Below are positions 16,641 to 27,889 of a stretch of DNA of 64,000 bases, piece by piece. Origin of the DNA: Cenarchaeum sp. Lineage in GTDB: Archaea; Thermoproteota; Nitrososphaeria; Nitrososphaerales; Nitrosopumilaceae. The notes beneath the pieces were generated by a model. The model ran no database searches. It saw only the letters and a program-made list of their open reading frames with translations, and was not told the origin of the DNA. The stretch spans positions 1,504,001-1,568,000 of the forward strand of contig CBDESU010000002.1 in the NCBI GenBank assembly GCA_965242695.1, read 5' to 3'. Within the stretch, counting starts at the first letter, position 1. The number at the start of each line of letters is the position of its first letter. The position numbers and the translations under genes are program-made.

Positions 16641-18935
16641 CTACTCCCGCTGTCCCTGCCCGCCCTCCCGCAGCACGTTGAGGGCCGAACCGGCCCTGAA
16701 CCAGCCGGCCTGGAGCCCGCTGTACGAGTGGACCAGGTCGAACTCGTCGGATGTGCCGTCTGCGTGGGACACGGTGCAGCGCACGCGGCTGCCCGGCGCG
16801 AGCGACGCTATGCCAGAGAGCGCCACGCGGTCGTCGGCGGCGCGCACGCGGTCGTAGTCTGACGCGTCGGCGAACGAGAGGGCCAGAACGCCCTGCTTCT
16901 TGAGGTTCGTCTCGTGTATGCGCGCAAAGCTCTTGGCGATGACGGCGGCGCACCCGAGGTGGCGCGGCGTCATGGCCGCATGCTCGCGGCTGCTGCCCTC
17001 GCCGTAGTTGTCCCCGCCGACGACGACCCACCTCACGCCGTCGCGCCTGTACGCGCGGGCTACGGCCGCGCACGTGCCCTCCTCGCCCGTCCGCGCATCG
17101 ACGGCCCTGCCCACCTTGCCCTCTCCGAGGGCGCTCACGGCGCCGAGCAGCATGTTGTCGCTGAGGTTGTCCAGGTGCCCCCTGTACGACAGCCACGCGC
17201 CGGCCGGCGATATGTGGTCCGTGGTGCACTTGCCTGCCGCCTTTACCAGCACGGGCATCCCCGCGTACTCGTCCGAGCCGTCCCACGCGGCGAACGGCTC
17301 CAGAATCTGCAGGCGGCTGCTCGACGGGTCGATGTCGACGTCGACCGAGTCTGGGTCGTCCGACGGCGGGGCGTACGCCCCGCGGGCTGCCTCGAACCCG
17401 CCGCGCGGCACGTCGTCTGCCTCGCCGGGCGGCTCGAGCCTGAACCTTGTGCCGTCGGCCGCCTCCAGCTCGTCGACTAGCGGGTTGAACGAGAGCCGCC
17501 CGCCGAGGGCGAGCGCGACGACGAGCTCGGGGCTGCCGATAAAGTTCATCGTCGACCTGCTGCCGTCGTTGCGGCCCGGAAAGTTTCGGTTGAAGCTCGT
17601 CACTATGGTGTTCTCTGCGCCCTTTTCCAGCTCGGGCCGGCTCCACTGCCCGATGCACGGGCCGCACGCGTTGGCAAGGACCGTTGCGCCGACGGACCTG
17701 AGGGACCCCATCTGCCCGTCCCTCTCGATCGTCGCGCGTATCTGCTCCGAGCCCGGCGTGACGAGCAGCGGCGCGGCGGCCCTCGCCCCGCGCGAGGCCG
17801 CCTGCTCGGCCACGGCGGCGGCCCTCGACATGTCCTCGTACGAAGAGTTGGTGCAGCTGCCGACCAGGGCCGCCGAGATGCGGTCGACGTACCCAGAGGC
17901 GGCCGCATCGGCGGCCATCCTGGATATCGGCCTTGCCAGGTCCGGCGTGTGCGGCCCGACGATGTGCGGCTCTAGCTCGGACAGGTCGATCTCGAGGACG
18001 CGGTCAAAGCACGCGCCGGGGTCGTCCTCGACGCCGGGATCGGCCGAGAGCAGGCCTGCCCTGTCGCGGGCAATGTCGGCTATGGCGCCGCGCCCGGTCG
18101 CCCTGAGGTACGACTCCATCCTGCCGTCGTACGGGAATACGGAGCATGTCGCGCCGATCTCGGCGCCCATGTTCGCTATCGTGGCCTTGCCGGTGCAGCT
18201 GATAGAGGCCGCGCCGGGCCCAAAGTACTCTACGATGGCGTTGGTCCCGCCCGAGACGGTCAGCTCGGACGCGACGCGCAGTATGACGTCCTTGGGGGCG
18301 GCCCACCCGCCGAGGCGCCCCGTAAGGCGCACGCCGATCCTCCTCGGGCACAGGACCTCCCACGGCATGCCTGCCATCGCCTCGGCCGCGTCGACGCCGC
18401 CGACGCCGACGGCGAGCATGCCGAGGCCGCCGGCGTTGGGCGTGTGCGAGTCGGTGCCGATCATGAGGCCTCCGGGAAAGGCGTAGTTCTCTAGGACCAC
18501 CTGGTGTATGATCCCGGCGCCGGGCCTCCAAAAGCCGCACCCGTACTTTGAGGCGGCCGACTCTAGGAACCGAAACACCTCGCTGTTCTCGCCGAGGGCC
18601 TCCTTCGTGTCGCTCTCGCCGTCGATCCGGGCGCGGATGAGGTGGTCGCAGTGTATGGTCGTCGGCAGGCTCGCCTGCCGCTGCCCCGCCGCGATGAACT
18701 GCAGCATCACCATCTGGCCGGTGACGTCCTGGAGAGCGACCCTGTCGGGCCTGAGGAACACGTAGTCGCGCCCGCCGCGCGGCATGCGCCCGTCAAACCC
18801 CTCGAGGTGCCCCGCCAGTATCTTCTCGGAGAGCGCCAGCGGCCTGCCGCCGGCCGCATCCCTGTACCGCGGGACGGCCTCGGCCAGCCGCTCGTAGACC
18901 CCGCCGACCATGCCGGCGGTCGTCTCGATCTCCAC
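16641..18935 (-). CDS. acnA: aconitate hydratase (mitochondrial-like family)
   Basis: IHCDHLI, GTDSHTPN, GSCTNSSYED, NACGPCIGQW, TTDHISPAG, YGEGSSREHAA. Confidence 0.95.
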   Translation of the reverse strand: MEIETTAGMVGGVYERLAEAVPRYRDAAGGRPLALSEKILAGHLEGFDGRMPRGGRDYVFLRPDRVALQDVTGQMVMLQFIAAGQRQASLPTTIHCDHLIRARIDGESDTKEALGENSEVFRFLESAASKYGCGFWRPGAGIIHQVVLENYAFPGGLMIGTDSHTPNAGGLGMLAVGVGGVDAAEAMAGMPWEVLCPRRIGVRLTGRLGGWAAPKDVILRVASELTVSGGTNAIVEYFGPGAASISCTGKATIANMGAEIGATCSVFPYDGRMESYLRATGRGAIADIARDRAGLLSADPGVEDDPGACFDRVLEIDLSELEPHIVGPHTPDLARPISRMAADAAASGYVDRISAALVGSCTNSSYEDMSRAAAVAEQAASRGARAAAPLLVTPGSEQIRATIERDGQMGSLRSVGATVLANACGPCIGQWSRPELEKGAENTIVTSFNRNFPGRNDGSRSTMNFIGSPELVVALALGGRLSFNPLVDELEAADGTRFRLEPPGEADDVPRGGFEAARGAYAPPSDDPDSVDVDIDPSSSRLQILEPFAAWDGSDEYAGMPVLVKAAGKCTTDHISPAGAWLSYRGHLDNLSDNMLLGAVSALGEGKVGRAVDARTGEEGTCAAVARAYRRDGVRWVVVGGDNYGEGSSREHAAMTPRHLGCAAVIAKSFARIHETNLKKQGVLALSFADASDYDRVRAADDRVALSGIASLAPGSRVRCTVSHADGTSDEFDLVHSYSGLQAGWFRAGSALNVLREGGQGQRE

Positions 18936-19026
18936 GCCGCCGGCCCCCGCGGGGGCGATTTAACGCTAGCTGGAGCGGCGCCTGCCACACTTATAACGGC
19001 CTGCAGGGCCCCCGCCGCCGCGCACC

Positions 19027-19659
19027 ATGGTCAACGCGGGGTTTCCAAAGTTCGGATCGGCCCAGTCGACGGCCCGCGTCTCGGCCCTCCGGAACTACAA
19101 CCTGCCCGACTTTGTCCTCAGGATAGTGGCAAGGGAGTGCGGCTCGGAGCTGCTAGAGAAGGGCCGCATCGACGAGCGCCTGCAGAGCATGAACCGCGAC
19201 GCGCTCGACCTGCTCCACCGCGTCTTCGTCGAGTGCAAGGACGACGCGGACGGCAAGTTCGCGCAGCTGCGGTTCTACGCGTACGTGTCGAGCATGTACC
19301 ACAAGTGCGAGGTGTCCGTCAACGAGGCCATTCCGGGCGCGTCCGGCAAGAACCACAGGGTGCCGATCGCCGTCAAGAGCAGCGGCATGTACGTTGCGGT
19401 CGCGACGAACAAGCCGACCGGCAAGCCGGTCAACAAGCAAGACGCTGTCCGGTTCTACCGGATGGTCGACGACCTCAAGAGCGGCGACCACGGCACGCAG
19501 CTCGTCGATGCGATCTACGCCTCGTCGGTCGGGTTCAGGGGCGAGGCACTCTTGGCGCTCACCCAGCTCGGCAAGATGCGCATGGCCGACCCAGAGTCGA
19601 GGCTCGACTTCAAGACGGCCAACTTTGAGAACAACATCTACACGATGACGCAGCACTGA
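19027..19659 (+). CDS. hypothetical protein, C-terminal Mrr-like fold lacking a catalytic motif
   Basis: Host codon usage and CTTATAAC box at about 18990; IPGASGKNHRV...VRFYRMVDDLK...AIYASSVGF resembles the Mrr_cat pattern. Confidence 0.7.
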   Translation: MVNAGFPKFGSAQSTARVSALRNYNLPDFVLRIVARECGSELLEKGRIDERLQSMNRDALDLLHRVFVECKDDADGKFAQLRFYAYVSSMYHKCEVSVNEAIPGASGKNHRVPIAVKSSGMYVAVATNKPTGKPVNKQDAVRFYRMVDDLKSGDHGTQLVDAIYASSVGFRGEALLALTQLGKMRMADPESRLDFKTANFENNIYTMTQH

Positions 19660-19686
19660 CCTGCCGATCCGCCCGCCGCGGCCGGG

Positions 19687-20283
19687 TCAGCCCCGCCCGC
19701 GCCCGACCCTGCCGCGGAACGACGACGCGTCGATCGTCAGAAACTCCGGCCTCCCGTCCGTGCGGCGAAAGTCCGCGCCGTACTGCTCGAACGCGAGCCC
19801 CGCGTGGAAGTGCCTTGTCCACACGTCGTGGACGTCCGGCACGTACCGCGCGTAGCCTGCCTGCCGGAGCAGCTCGTGCGCTAGCTCGTGCGATGCAGCC
19901 GTGCAGTTCTTCTCGGCCATGAACAGCGAGTCCGGCTCGGCCGATCCCTTGGGCCTCTGCCAGAGGATCATGCCCAGGTTCGGCGCGTGGTACCCCTCGC
20001 ACGTGCAGTCGGTCCAGGTGGGCCTGAAGTTGCACAGGTAGAAGTGGTAGACCAACTCGCCGCGCTCGCGGTGGTCCCTGACGACGGCGTGCGTGTCGAG
20101 GCGGTCGAACAGGCCGCGCCGGCCCGTCACCATCTCGTCGTACGCGACGTCCAGGTCCGCCGAGAACGCCTCGGACGCCCACGACCCGAGGAAGCGGGCC
20201 ATGGACTCGGCGTAGCGGGACTCGGCCGCGCGGGCCTCGAGCTCGGCCCCTGTGGCCGCCATGAAAATAAAGTGGAGCCGCAA
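19687..20283 (-). CDS. hypothetical protein with HExxH zinc-peptidase-like motif
   Basis: TTG start (MRLHFIF...); SHELAHELLRQ. Confidence 0.75.
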   Translation of the reverse strand: MRLHFIFMAATGAELEARAAESRYAESMARFLGSWASEAFSADLDVAYDEMVTGRRGLFDRLDTHAVVRDHRERGELVYHFYLCNFRPTWTDCTCEGYHAPNLGMILWQRPKGSAEPDSLFMAEKNCTAASHELAHELLRQAGYARYVPDVHDVWTRHFHAGLAFEQYGADFRRTDGRPEFLTIDASSFRGRVGRGRG

Positions 20284-20318
20284 TCGGACTCGCCGTGCCT
20301 CCGGCCGCGATGCCGCTG

Positions 20319-20558
20319 CTATGCCTGCCCCTCGATGCCCATGAGGGTCAGCGTGGAGCGTATCTTCTCGATCTTCCTGATCTTCCACGTGATCGTCTCG
20401 CGGAGCCTCTCGACGGTGTCGGACTCGATCTTTGCGAGAATGTCGTACGCGCCGAACGTGCCGTGCACCTCCTTGACGCCGTCCAGCCCCTTGAGCTGCT
20501 GTATGATGGCCTCTTCCGAGCCGAGCTCGCAGTTGATCAAAACGTATGCGGTTGCCAT
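20319..20558 (-). CDS. Lrp/AsnC ligand-binding domain protein
   Basis: [16 protein letters not shown]...[15 protein letters not shown]...IRSTLTL. Confidence 0.93.
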   Translation of the reverse strand: MATAYVLINCELGSEEAIIQQLKGLDGVKEVHGTFGAYDILAKIESDTVERLRETITWKIRKIEKIRSTLTLMGIEGQA

Positions 20559-20740
20559 GCGGCCGCGCCCGGCGCGGCGTATATCAACTTGCCGGACGGC
20601 GGCCGAGGCCAGCCGCCCCCGCGCCGCCCCACGCCCACTGGCGCGCGCTGCGCGCACGGCGCGGCCCGCGCCCGGCGCGATCCCTGCCGCCGGCCCGCGC
20701 CAACATTCATTCATATATTGCCCGGCGGCGGGGCGCGCGG

Positions 20741-22888
20741 ATGGCATCGCCTGCCGCTGCCCGCAAGTCCGCGCATCGCATACTCGCGGACACCATCAAG
20801 ACGGACCACAGGGTCGTCACCGAAGAGGCGGCAAAGTCCATACTAGCCTCGTACGGCATTACCGTGCCAAAGCACGCCCTGGTCAAGACGGCCGCCGAGG
20901 CCGCCAGGGAGTCGGCCAAGATCGGCTTTCCGATCGCCATGAAGATCGTCTCGCCCCAGATACTCCACAAGACGGACGTCGGCGGGGTCAAGCTTGGCCT
21001 GAGCAGCGCCGGCGAGGTCCGCAAGGCGTTTGACGAGATGCACGGGCGCCTCTCCAAGAAGAAGGGCGTGGAGGTAAAGGGCGTCCTGCTCGAGCGGATG
21101 GAGACAAGGGGCGACGGCGTCGAGCTCATCGTCGGCCTGCAGAACGACCCGCAGTTCGGGCCCGTCATAATGGTCGGGCTCGGGGGCACACTCACCGAGG
21201 TCATGCGCGACGTGGCGTTCCGCATGCTCCCGATTACCGAGTCGGACGCGACGTCGATGCTCGACGAGCTCAAGGGGTCAAAGCTACTCGAGGGGTTCAG
21301 GGGCAGCAGGAAGATAGACCGGCGGATGGTCGCCAAGACGCTCGTCCGCATCGGGCGCATGGGCATGGACTGCGCGCCGTACTTTGACAGCATCGACCTG
21401 AACCCCGTCATCGTATACCCCAAGGGGCACGCGGCAGTCGACGCAAAGTTCATCCTCGCCGCAGATGCCAACCCGAACGCGATCTCAAGGGCCGAGCCTG
21501 ACAAGGGGCACATGGAAAAGTTCTTCACGCCGAGGTCGGTGGCGCTAGTCGGCGCGTCGTCGACGAAGGGGAAGATCGGCAACTCGATCCTCGACAGCCT
21601 CGTAAACTACGACTTCAAGGGCAAGGTGTACCCGATCAACCCAAAGGCGGACAAGATATTCGGCCTAAAGTGCTATGCTACGATAGACGACATTCCGGGC
21701 AAGGTCGACCTTGTCGTGGTCTCGGTCGACCTGTCTGCCACGCCGCCGGTGCTCGAGGCGTGCGCCCGCAAGGGGATACACAACGTGGTCGTCGTGTCGG
21801 GAGGCGGCAAGGAGCTCGGCGGCGAGAGGGCCGACTACGAGGCAGAGGTCCAGCGCCTCTCGGCGAAGCACCACATACGGATTATAGGGCCCAACTGCAT
21901 CGGCATGTTCAACGCGGCCAACCGCCTCGACTGCGCCTTCCAGGGGCAGGAGCGGATGGTGCGGGCCCGGCTCGGACCCGTCGCGCTGCTCTCGCAGAGC
22001 GGCACGATGGGGATCAGCTTTTTGGAGACGGCCGACTCGTTCGGACTCTCGAAGATGGTGAGCTACGGCAACCGGTCGGACGTCGACGAGGCCGACATGA
22101 TATGGTACCTCGCGTCCGACCCGCAGACGAGGGTCATCGCGCTGTACGTGGAGGGGTTCGGCGACGGCCGCAAGTTCATCAACACGGCGCGGCGCGTCAT
22201 GGCCGAGAAGAAAAAGCCCGTCGTCATCTGGAAGAGCGGCCGCACCGACCTGGGAGCAAAGCAGGCCGCCTCGCACACGGGGTCGCTCGGCGGCTCGAAC
22301 GCCATCATCATGGGCGCGTTCAGGCAGGCCGGGATCATCTCCGTCGACAGCTACCAAGAGCTGGCGGCGGTCACAAAGGCGCTCGCGTGGCAGCCGCCTG
22401 CGAAGGGCGGCGCAGCGGCCATGGCTAGCAACGGCGCGGGGCCCATGATCGGCGGGATCGATCACTTTGAACGCCTGGGGCTCGAGCTTGCCAAGATATC
22501 GGGGCCTGCCCTTAAGAGGATGAAGTCGCACTTTCCCAAGACGTACGTCATTGGCAGCGGCAACCCTGCCGACGTCACGGGCGGCGCGAGCGCCGACGAC
22601 TACCGCTTTGTGATAGAGGCGTTCATGGGGGAGCGGGGCGTCGACATTGTCATGCCGTGGTTCGTCTTCCAGGACGACCCGCTCGACATAGACGAGATCG
22701 TCTCGCACCTGGCGGCCTTTTCGAAGAAGGGGAGGAAGCCGCTGCTCGTCGGCGCCAACGGGGGGCCGTTCACTGCAAAGGTGTCGGCGATGATCGAGTC
22801 GCACGGGATACCCGTGTACGACGACCTGCGCGACTGGGTCGCCGCCGCCTCGGCCCTGGCAAAGTGGGGCCGCATCTCGCGCCGCTGA
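20741..22888 (+). CDS. 3-hydroxypropionate--CoA ligase (ADP-forming), 3HP/4HB cycle
   Basis: N-terminal ATP-grasp ([22 protein letters not shown]), then CoA-binding domain ([20 protein letters not shown]); adjacent to a crotonase as in Nitrosopumilus. Confidence 0.85.
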   Translation: MASPAAARKSAHRILADTIKTDHRVVTEEAAKSILASYGITVPKHALVKTAAEAARESAKIGFPIAMKIVSPQILHKTDVGGVKLGLSSAGEVRKAFDEMHGRLSKKKGVEVKGVLLERMETRGDGVELIVGLQNDPQFGPVIMVGLGGTLTEVMRDVAFRMLPITESDATSMLDELKGSKLLEGFRGSRKIDRRMVAKTLVRIGRMGMDCAPYFDSIDLNPVIVYPKGHAAVDAKFILAADANPNAISRAEPDKGHMEKFFTPRSVALVGASSTKGKIGNSILDSLVNYDFKGKVYPINPKADKIFGLKCYATIDDIPGKVDLVVVSVDLSATPPVLEACARKGIHNVVVVSGGGKELGGERADYEAEVQRLSAKHHIRIIGPNCIGMFNAANRLDCAFQGQERMVRARLGPVALLSQSGTMGISFLETADSFGLSKMVSYGNRSDVDEADMIWYLASDPQTRVIALYVEGFGDGRKFINTARRVMAEKKKPVVIWKSGRTDLGAKQAASHTGSLGGSNAIIMGAFRQAGIISVDSYQELAAVTKALAWQPPAKGGAAAMASNGAGPMIGGIDHFERLGLELAKISGPALKRMKSHFPKTYVIGSGNPADVTGGASADDYRFVIEAFMGERGVDIVMPWFVFQDDPLDIDEIVSHLAAFSKKGRKPLLVGANGGPFTAKVSAMIESHGIPVYDDLRDWVAAASALAKWGRISRR

Positions 22889-23030
22889 GCGCGCCGCGCA
22901 CCGCCCGCTCCAGGCCGCCCGCCGCATCCGCCCGGCCTCCACGCAGCCCCTGCCCGCCAGCGCCGCCGGCCCGGCGCCGCGGCCGCCGGGCGATACCTCT
23001 TTAAGGCGCCGTCCGGCGCGCCGCCTCGGA

Positions 23031-23792
23031 ATGTCCAACGTTGCAGTGTCCACCGACGGCGGCGTATGCACCGTCAAGATAAACCGCCCCGACAAGCTCA
23101 ACGCCATGAACGTAGACGTGGCCACCGAGCTGATCGACACGTTTACGGACATTGCCGGCAGGGACGACGTAAAGGTGGTCCTGCTCACCGGCGAGGGCGA
23201 GAAGGCGTTCTCGGCCGGGGCCGACATCGACTACATGTCTAGGATATCGGCAGACGAGTCTGTAGAGTACGCAAGGCTCGGCCAGCGCGTCACGGCCACG
23301 ATCGAGTCCCTGCCGCAGCCGACGATCGCGGTAGTCAACGGGTTTGCCCTGGGGGGCGGCTGCGAGGTGGCCATGTCTTGCGACATACGCATGGCGGCCG
23401 ACACGGCCAGGATGGGCCAGCCCGAGGTGACGATAGGCATACCGCCGGGCTGGGGCGGCACGCAGCGCCTCATGCGCATAGTCGGCATTGCAAAGGCAAA
23501 GGAGCTGGTGTACACGGGCCGCATGGTCTCGGCCGCCGAGGCAGAGCGGATGGGGCTCGTCAACTCGGTGCATCCGGCGGCCGACCTCATGGCCGAGGCC
23601 GTAAAGACGGCGTCAAAGATCGCGGCCAACTCTGAGATGGGCGTCCGCATGTCAAAGATGGCCATCAACAGCGGCCGGAACGCCGACCTGGAGACGGGCC
23701 TGAGCATAGAGCTGCTCGCCTGGCGCAACTCGTTCACGCACCCCGACCGCCAAAAGCGCATGGCCGAGTTCCTGAGCAGGTCAAAGAAGTGA
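23031..23792 (+). CDS. enoyl-CoA hydratase (3-hydroxypropionyl-CoA dehydratase/crotonyl-CoA hydratase)
   Basis: [44 protein letters not shown]. Confidence 0.92.
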   Translation: MSNVAVSTDGGVCTVKINRPDKLNAMNVDVATELIDTFTDIAGRDDVKVVLLTGEGEKAFSAGADIDYMSRISADESVEYARLGQRVTATIESLPQPTIAVVNGFALGGGCEVAMSCDIRMAADTARMGQPEVTIGIPPGWGGTQRLMRIVGIAKAKELVYTGRMVSAAEAERMGLVNSVHPAADLMAEAVKTASKIAANSEMGVRMSKMAINSGRNADLETGLSIELLAWRNSFTHPDRQKRMAEFLSRSKK

Positions 23793-24092
23793 CTGCGTCA
23801 GGTGTGGGCCGCCCGCAGGGGCGCTTTCGGATCCCCGCCGCCGTGCGATGCGCCTGCGCCGCGGCACGGGGCGGGCAGGGGCAGACGGCGGGACCGCAGC
23901 GCGCATTCGCGGTGCCCTGCCGCCCGCAGGGGCGGCATCGGGTGCGAGCAGTGTCGTGTCGCTCACATCTCCCGTCCGCCGCCGGCATGGGAGGGGGGGG
24001 TGGGGGGCCGCAGCGCCCGCCGCGCCAGGCGCCGCCGCGGATCCGCGGGCCGGCCCCAAAGACTATTATAATTTGGCTAGCGGCCCGTGCCC

Positions 24093-24443
24093 ATGGAAAC
24101 GACGCAAGTCGAGAAGATCGTCACGATCACCCCAAAGGCGGTCGAGAAGATCAAAGAATTCATGGCCGAGGAAAAGGAGCATCCCGAGTACCTGCGCGTG
24201 TACGTGCAGGGCGGCGGCTGCTCCGGCCTCTCGTACGGCATGGGCTTTGAGACGAAGGCGGAGGAGGACGACATGGTCGTCGAGGAGGGCGGCGTAAAGC
24301 TGCTCATCGACAGCTGCAGCCAGGACCACCTCAAGGGCGCCAACGTCGACTACATCGAGAGCCTCATGGGCTCGGGCTTCAAGATCAACAACCCGAACGT
24401 CACAAAGTCCTGCTCCTGCGGCCACTCGTTCAGCACCGAGTAG
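24093..24443 (+). CDS. iscA: Fe-S cluster assembly accessory protein (HesB/IscA/ErpA)
   Basis: VQGGGCSGLSY, NPN..SCSCGHSF. Confidence 0.93.
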   Translation: METTQVEKIVTITPKAVEKIKEFMAEEKEHPEYLRVYVQGGGCSGLSYGMGFETKAEEDDMVVEEGGVKLLIDSCSQDHLKGANVDYIESLMGSGFKINNPNVTKSCSCGHSFSTE

Positions 24444-24451
24444 GCCTGTAC

Positions 24452-24467
24452 TTTTTCTTTCCTTTTT
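24452..24467 (+). terminator. oligo-U terminator after iscA
   Basis: tttttctttccttttt just downstream of the stop codon. Confidence 0.6.
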
Positions 24468-24919
24468 GCGCGCGCAGCGCCGCGGCCCTGCGCCATTGCG
24501 CGCGCGCCTCAGCCCTCCCCCCGCCGCGCCGCCTCCCGCGCGCGCCACGCGATCCGCGCCGGCCGCAGGCCGCGCCGCCTCCGCGGCCCCTTGCCACGCG
24601 ACGCGGTGCATCGAGGTGGCGGCGCATGGTCGGCTACCGGCAGTCCATGCTGGTGGGGGGGGGGGCGTCGAGGCGCGCCGCTGGACGCCCCCTGCGCCGG
24701 ACGGCGCGCAGCATGGGACGGTACAGGGCAGCCGCCGGCGCCGGCCGCCTGCCCTGGCCGGGCCGCGCCGTTCGGCCGCGTGCCGCCCCGCCCCTGCTGG
24801 GCCGGGCGGCGGTTGGAGGGCGGCCTAGGCGCAGGGGACAGCGCGATCGCACCCTTCGATACGCTCTTATATGGCGCCTGGGCGCGCCCGGCCGTCATGG
24901 TTAAGGAGATGAGTGGAGA

Positions 24920-26392
24920 ATGCCGCAGTCGGGCATCGTCAAGTATCACGTCAAGCTGTCGTACAATGTCGACGGTCTCGTAGAGCGGGCCGACCTCATT
25001 GGGGCGATCTTCGGGCAGACGGAGGGTCTGCTCGGCCCGGAGATGAACCTCAACGAGCTGCAGCGCGTCTCGAAGATCGGCCGCATAGAGGTCAATGCGC
25101 GGACGACGTCGAACACGACGTCTGGCGACGTCCTGCTCCCGATGAGCACCGACATCGACACGTCGGCGCTCATTGCCGCCGCCATCGAGAGCATCGACAA
25201 GGTCGGGCCGTTCGACTGCTCGTTCAAGCTCGATGCGATCGACGACGTCAGGGCCGCCAAGAAGGACGACATCGTGCGGCGCGCAAAGGAGATTCGCCGC
25301 AAGTGGGCCACCAAGACGATCAGCGAGGGCGACACGATGCTAAAGGACGTCCACGAGGTCGCCGCCGGCAAGCTCCAGACGTACGGCAAGTCGAAGCTGA
25401 CGTGCAGCTCTGACATCCACTCCTCGCCGTGGATCATACTCGTAGAGGGCAGGGCCGACGTGATCAACCTGCTGCGCGCCGGGTACGGCAACGCGATTGC
25501 GATCGAGGGGGCGCGCATAGACGAGTCGATAAAGGACCTGTGCAGGTCCAAGGAGACGGTCGTGGCGTTCATGGACGGGGACCGCGCGGGCGGGTTCATA
25601 CTGCGCGAGCTAAAGTCGCTCGTGCGCGTAGACTACGAGCTCAGGGCAGATCCGGGCATCGAGGTCGAGGAGATGACGCCGCAGAGGGTCTCGGAGATTC
25701 TGGATCCGATTGCCGACGAGATACGGAGCGGCGGATCTTCCGGCCAGGATCAGGATCAGCGGGATGCCGGCGGCGACCGCGGCGGCAGGGACCGCGACCG
25801 CGACTACCGCGACCGCGGCGGCAGGGACCGTGGGCGCGACCGGGACCGCGACAGGGACCGCGACTACCGCGGCGGCAGGGACCGTGGGCGCGACCGCGAC
25901 AGGGACCGCGACTACCGCGGCGGCAGGGACCGCGACAGGGATCGGGACAGGGACCGCGACCGCGACAGGGACCGCGACTACCGCGGCGGCAGGGACCGCG
26001 ACAGGGACCGCGACTACCGCGACCGAGATCGGGATGCGCGGCCGGCGCAGGACGAGGGCGCGCAGGCGCCCGCGAGCGAGCCCTCGCCCGGGGATGCGGC
26101 CCTGGCCGAGGTTGCCCGGCCCGTCTACCAGAGCATCAACGAGTCGCTCGAGGCGGTGGCCCTTGACGAGGCAGGCAAGGAGGCGTTCCGCATACCGATC
26201 AGCGAGCTGGTCGCAAAGATGTCTGGCCAGTCGGGCATAAAGCACCTCGTCCTAGACGGCATTATCACGCAGCGCCTGCTCGACGCATCAAAGGAGGCCG
26301 GCGTCGGGTGCATCGTAGGGCATCGGGTGGCAAAGCTCACCAACCCCGGCGGGATCGACCTCAAGACGTTCAACGAGCTGGGAATATCCTAG
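24920..26392 (+). CDS. dnaG: archaeal DnaG (TOPRIM; exosome-associated)
   Basis: GAIFGQTEGLLG, IILVEGRADVINLL, AFMDGDRAG, LDGIITQRLLD. Confidence 0.96.
   Translation: MPQSGIVKYHVKLSYNVDGLVERADLIGAIFGQTEGLLGPEMNLNELQRVSKIGRIEVNARTTSNTTSGDVLLPMSTDIDTSALIAAAIESIDKVGPFDCSFKLDAIDDVRAAKKDDIVRRAKEIRRKWATKTISEGDTMLKDVHEVAAGKLQTYGKSKLTCSSDIHSSPWIILVEGRADVINLLRAGYGNAIAIEGARIDESIKDLCRSKETVVAFMDGDRAGGFILRELKSLVRVDYELRADPGIEVEEMTPQRVSEILDPIADEIRSGGSSGQDQDQRDAGGDRGGRDRDRDYRDRGGRDRGRDRDRDRDRDYRGGRDRGRDRDRDRDYRGGRDRDRDRDRDRDRDRDRDYRGGRDRDRDRDYRDRDRDARPAQDEGAQAPASEPSPGDAALAEVARPVYQSINESLEAVALDEAGKEAFRIPISELVAKMSGQSGIKHLVLDGIITQRLLDASKEAGVGCIVGHRVAKLTNPGGIDLKTFNELGIS
25772..26035 (+). repeat. coding low-complexity repeat (RD)n/RDY/RGG within dnaG
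   Basis: Iterated gaccgc/gacagg/gactaccgcggcggcagg units, all in frame. Confidence 0.92.
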
Positions 26393-27121
26393 TTGCCGCC
26401 TGACCTGCGAGTGCAGCACCTGCAGACGCTCGCCCACCTGCTCTCGCGAGGCGCGCGGCACAGCTACGTCCCCGTGACTACGGTCGAGCTGGCCAGGGCG
26501 ATCGGCAGGTCGCAGCAGACGGCCTCGAGCCACCTTGTCCAGCTGGAGGCCGACGGGTTCATCGAGAGGCGCGCGGCGCGGCGAGGCGGCTCGCCGGTGC
26601 GCATTACGGCGCGCGGGTACGCCGAGCTTGAGCGCGTCTCGTCGGCCCTGAGGGGGGGCATCGAGTCGCAGCCGGCGCAGATCGTGCTAGAGGGCGAGCT
26701 CGTCACGGGCATGGGCGAGGGGGCGTACTACATGTCGCTCGACGGGTACACGAGGCAGTTCCGCGAGGCGATCGGGTACGTGCCGTTCCCGGGCACGCTC
26801 AACGTCCGCCTCGCGGGGCCCCACCATGTGATGACGGCCGAGCGGCTCGACGCGGCAAGGGGCGGCGCCCTGGTGAGGGGGTTCTCGGACGGGCGCCGCA
26901 CGTACGGGTGGGTCAGGTGCCTTGCCGCCTCGGTCAACGGGCTCGACGGCTGCCATGTCGTGCGGCTCGAGCGGACGCACCACGAGCCGAACATCGTCGA
27001 GATCATATCGCGCGTCGACATTAGGCGGGCCGCCGGGCTGCGAGACGGCTCGGCCGTGTCGGTGAGGCTGCCCGTCGATGCGGCCGGGATAGCCCACGCC
27101 GGATCCGCGGCAAGGCCGTAG
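26393..27121 (+). CDS. ribK: CTP-dependent riboflavin kinase with N-terminal HTH
   Basis: SQQTASSHL HTH; GMGEGAYY, PFPGTLNV, ERTHH. Confidence 0.93.
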   Translation: MPPDLRVQHLQTLAHLLSRGARHSYVPVTTVELARAIGRSQQTASSHLVQLEADGFIERRAARRGGSPVRITARGYAELERVSSALRGGIESQPAQIVLEGELVTGMGEGAYYMSLDGYTRQFREAIGYVPFPGTLNVRLAGPHHVMTAERLDAARGGALVRGFSDGRRTYGWVRCLAASVNGLDGCHVVRLERTHHEPNIVEIISRVDIRRAAGLRDGSAVSVRLPVDAAGIAHAGSAARP

Positions 27122-27134
27122 CGGGCGGCGGCCC

Positions 27135-27764
27135 CTACGTCTCGTGCAGCGCATCGCCGTACTGCGCCTCTATCTTCGAGCTGGATATCTCGGGGACGGG
27201 CGACTGGAGGCGGGCGATCCTGGCGTCCAGGCCGAGGCGCCTGCAGCCGTCCATGATGAACTTTTCCTGGTGCGCCTGGTCGTACCCTAGCGCGATGACC
27301 TGCGGCCTGACCCTGTCGACGGTGCGGAATATGTCGCTCTCGTCGCCGACGAGGCACACGTCGACGACGGACAGCGATGCGACCAGCCTCCGCCTCTGGT
27401 CCTGGCAGTGCAGGGGCGCGCGCCGCTTCATCCTCTTGGCCGTCGCGTCGGTGGCCACGACGACGACGAGCATGTCGCCGAGCCGCCTTGCCGCCTCGAG
27501 CGTGTGTATGTGGCCCGGGTGTATTATGTCGAAGACGCCGCCGGCGAACACGACCGTGAGCGAGCCGCGGCCGACCTCGGTGAGCGACCAGCGGCCGCCG
27601 GCGCGCTCTACGGATCCCACGGACTCGAGGGCGGCCAGCCTCCGCTCGGCCTCGCCGCGCCCGATCCACCCGCCGGCCGCGGACGCCACGGCCTCCGCGG
27701 GATCCGATCCGTCGATCGACGACGCGTACAGGGCCCTGAGGGCCGCCATGTCGGCCGACTTCAC
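27135..27764 (-). CDS. ribL: FAD synthase (cytidylyltransferase family)
   Basis: GGVFDIIHPGHI, IALGYDQ, SSSKI. Confidence 0.88.
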   Translation of the reverse strand: MKSADMAALRALYASSIDGSDPAEAVASAAGGWIGRGEAERRLAALESVGSVERAGGRWSLTEVGRGSLTVVFAGGVFDIIHPGHIHTLEAARRLGDMLVVVVATDATAKRMKRRAPLHCQDQRRRLVASLSVVDVCLVGDESDIFRTVDRVRPQVIALGYDQAHQEKFIMDGCRRLGLDARIARLQSPVPEISSSKIEAQYGDALHET

Positions 27765-27889
27765 GCGGATGCGCCGCGCCCGCCCCCGTTTAACTCGTGC
27801 CCCGCGAGCCGCGCCCTTTTCATTCGCCCGGGCCGCCGCGGGGGCGGGAGGGGGGGGGCCCGACTTGGCGGGCCCTGCCCGGCGGCGCG

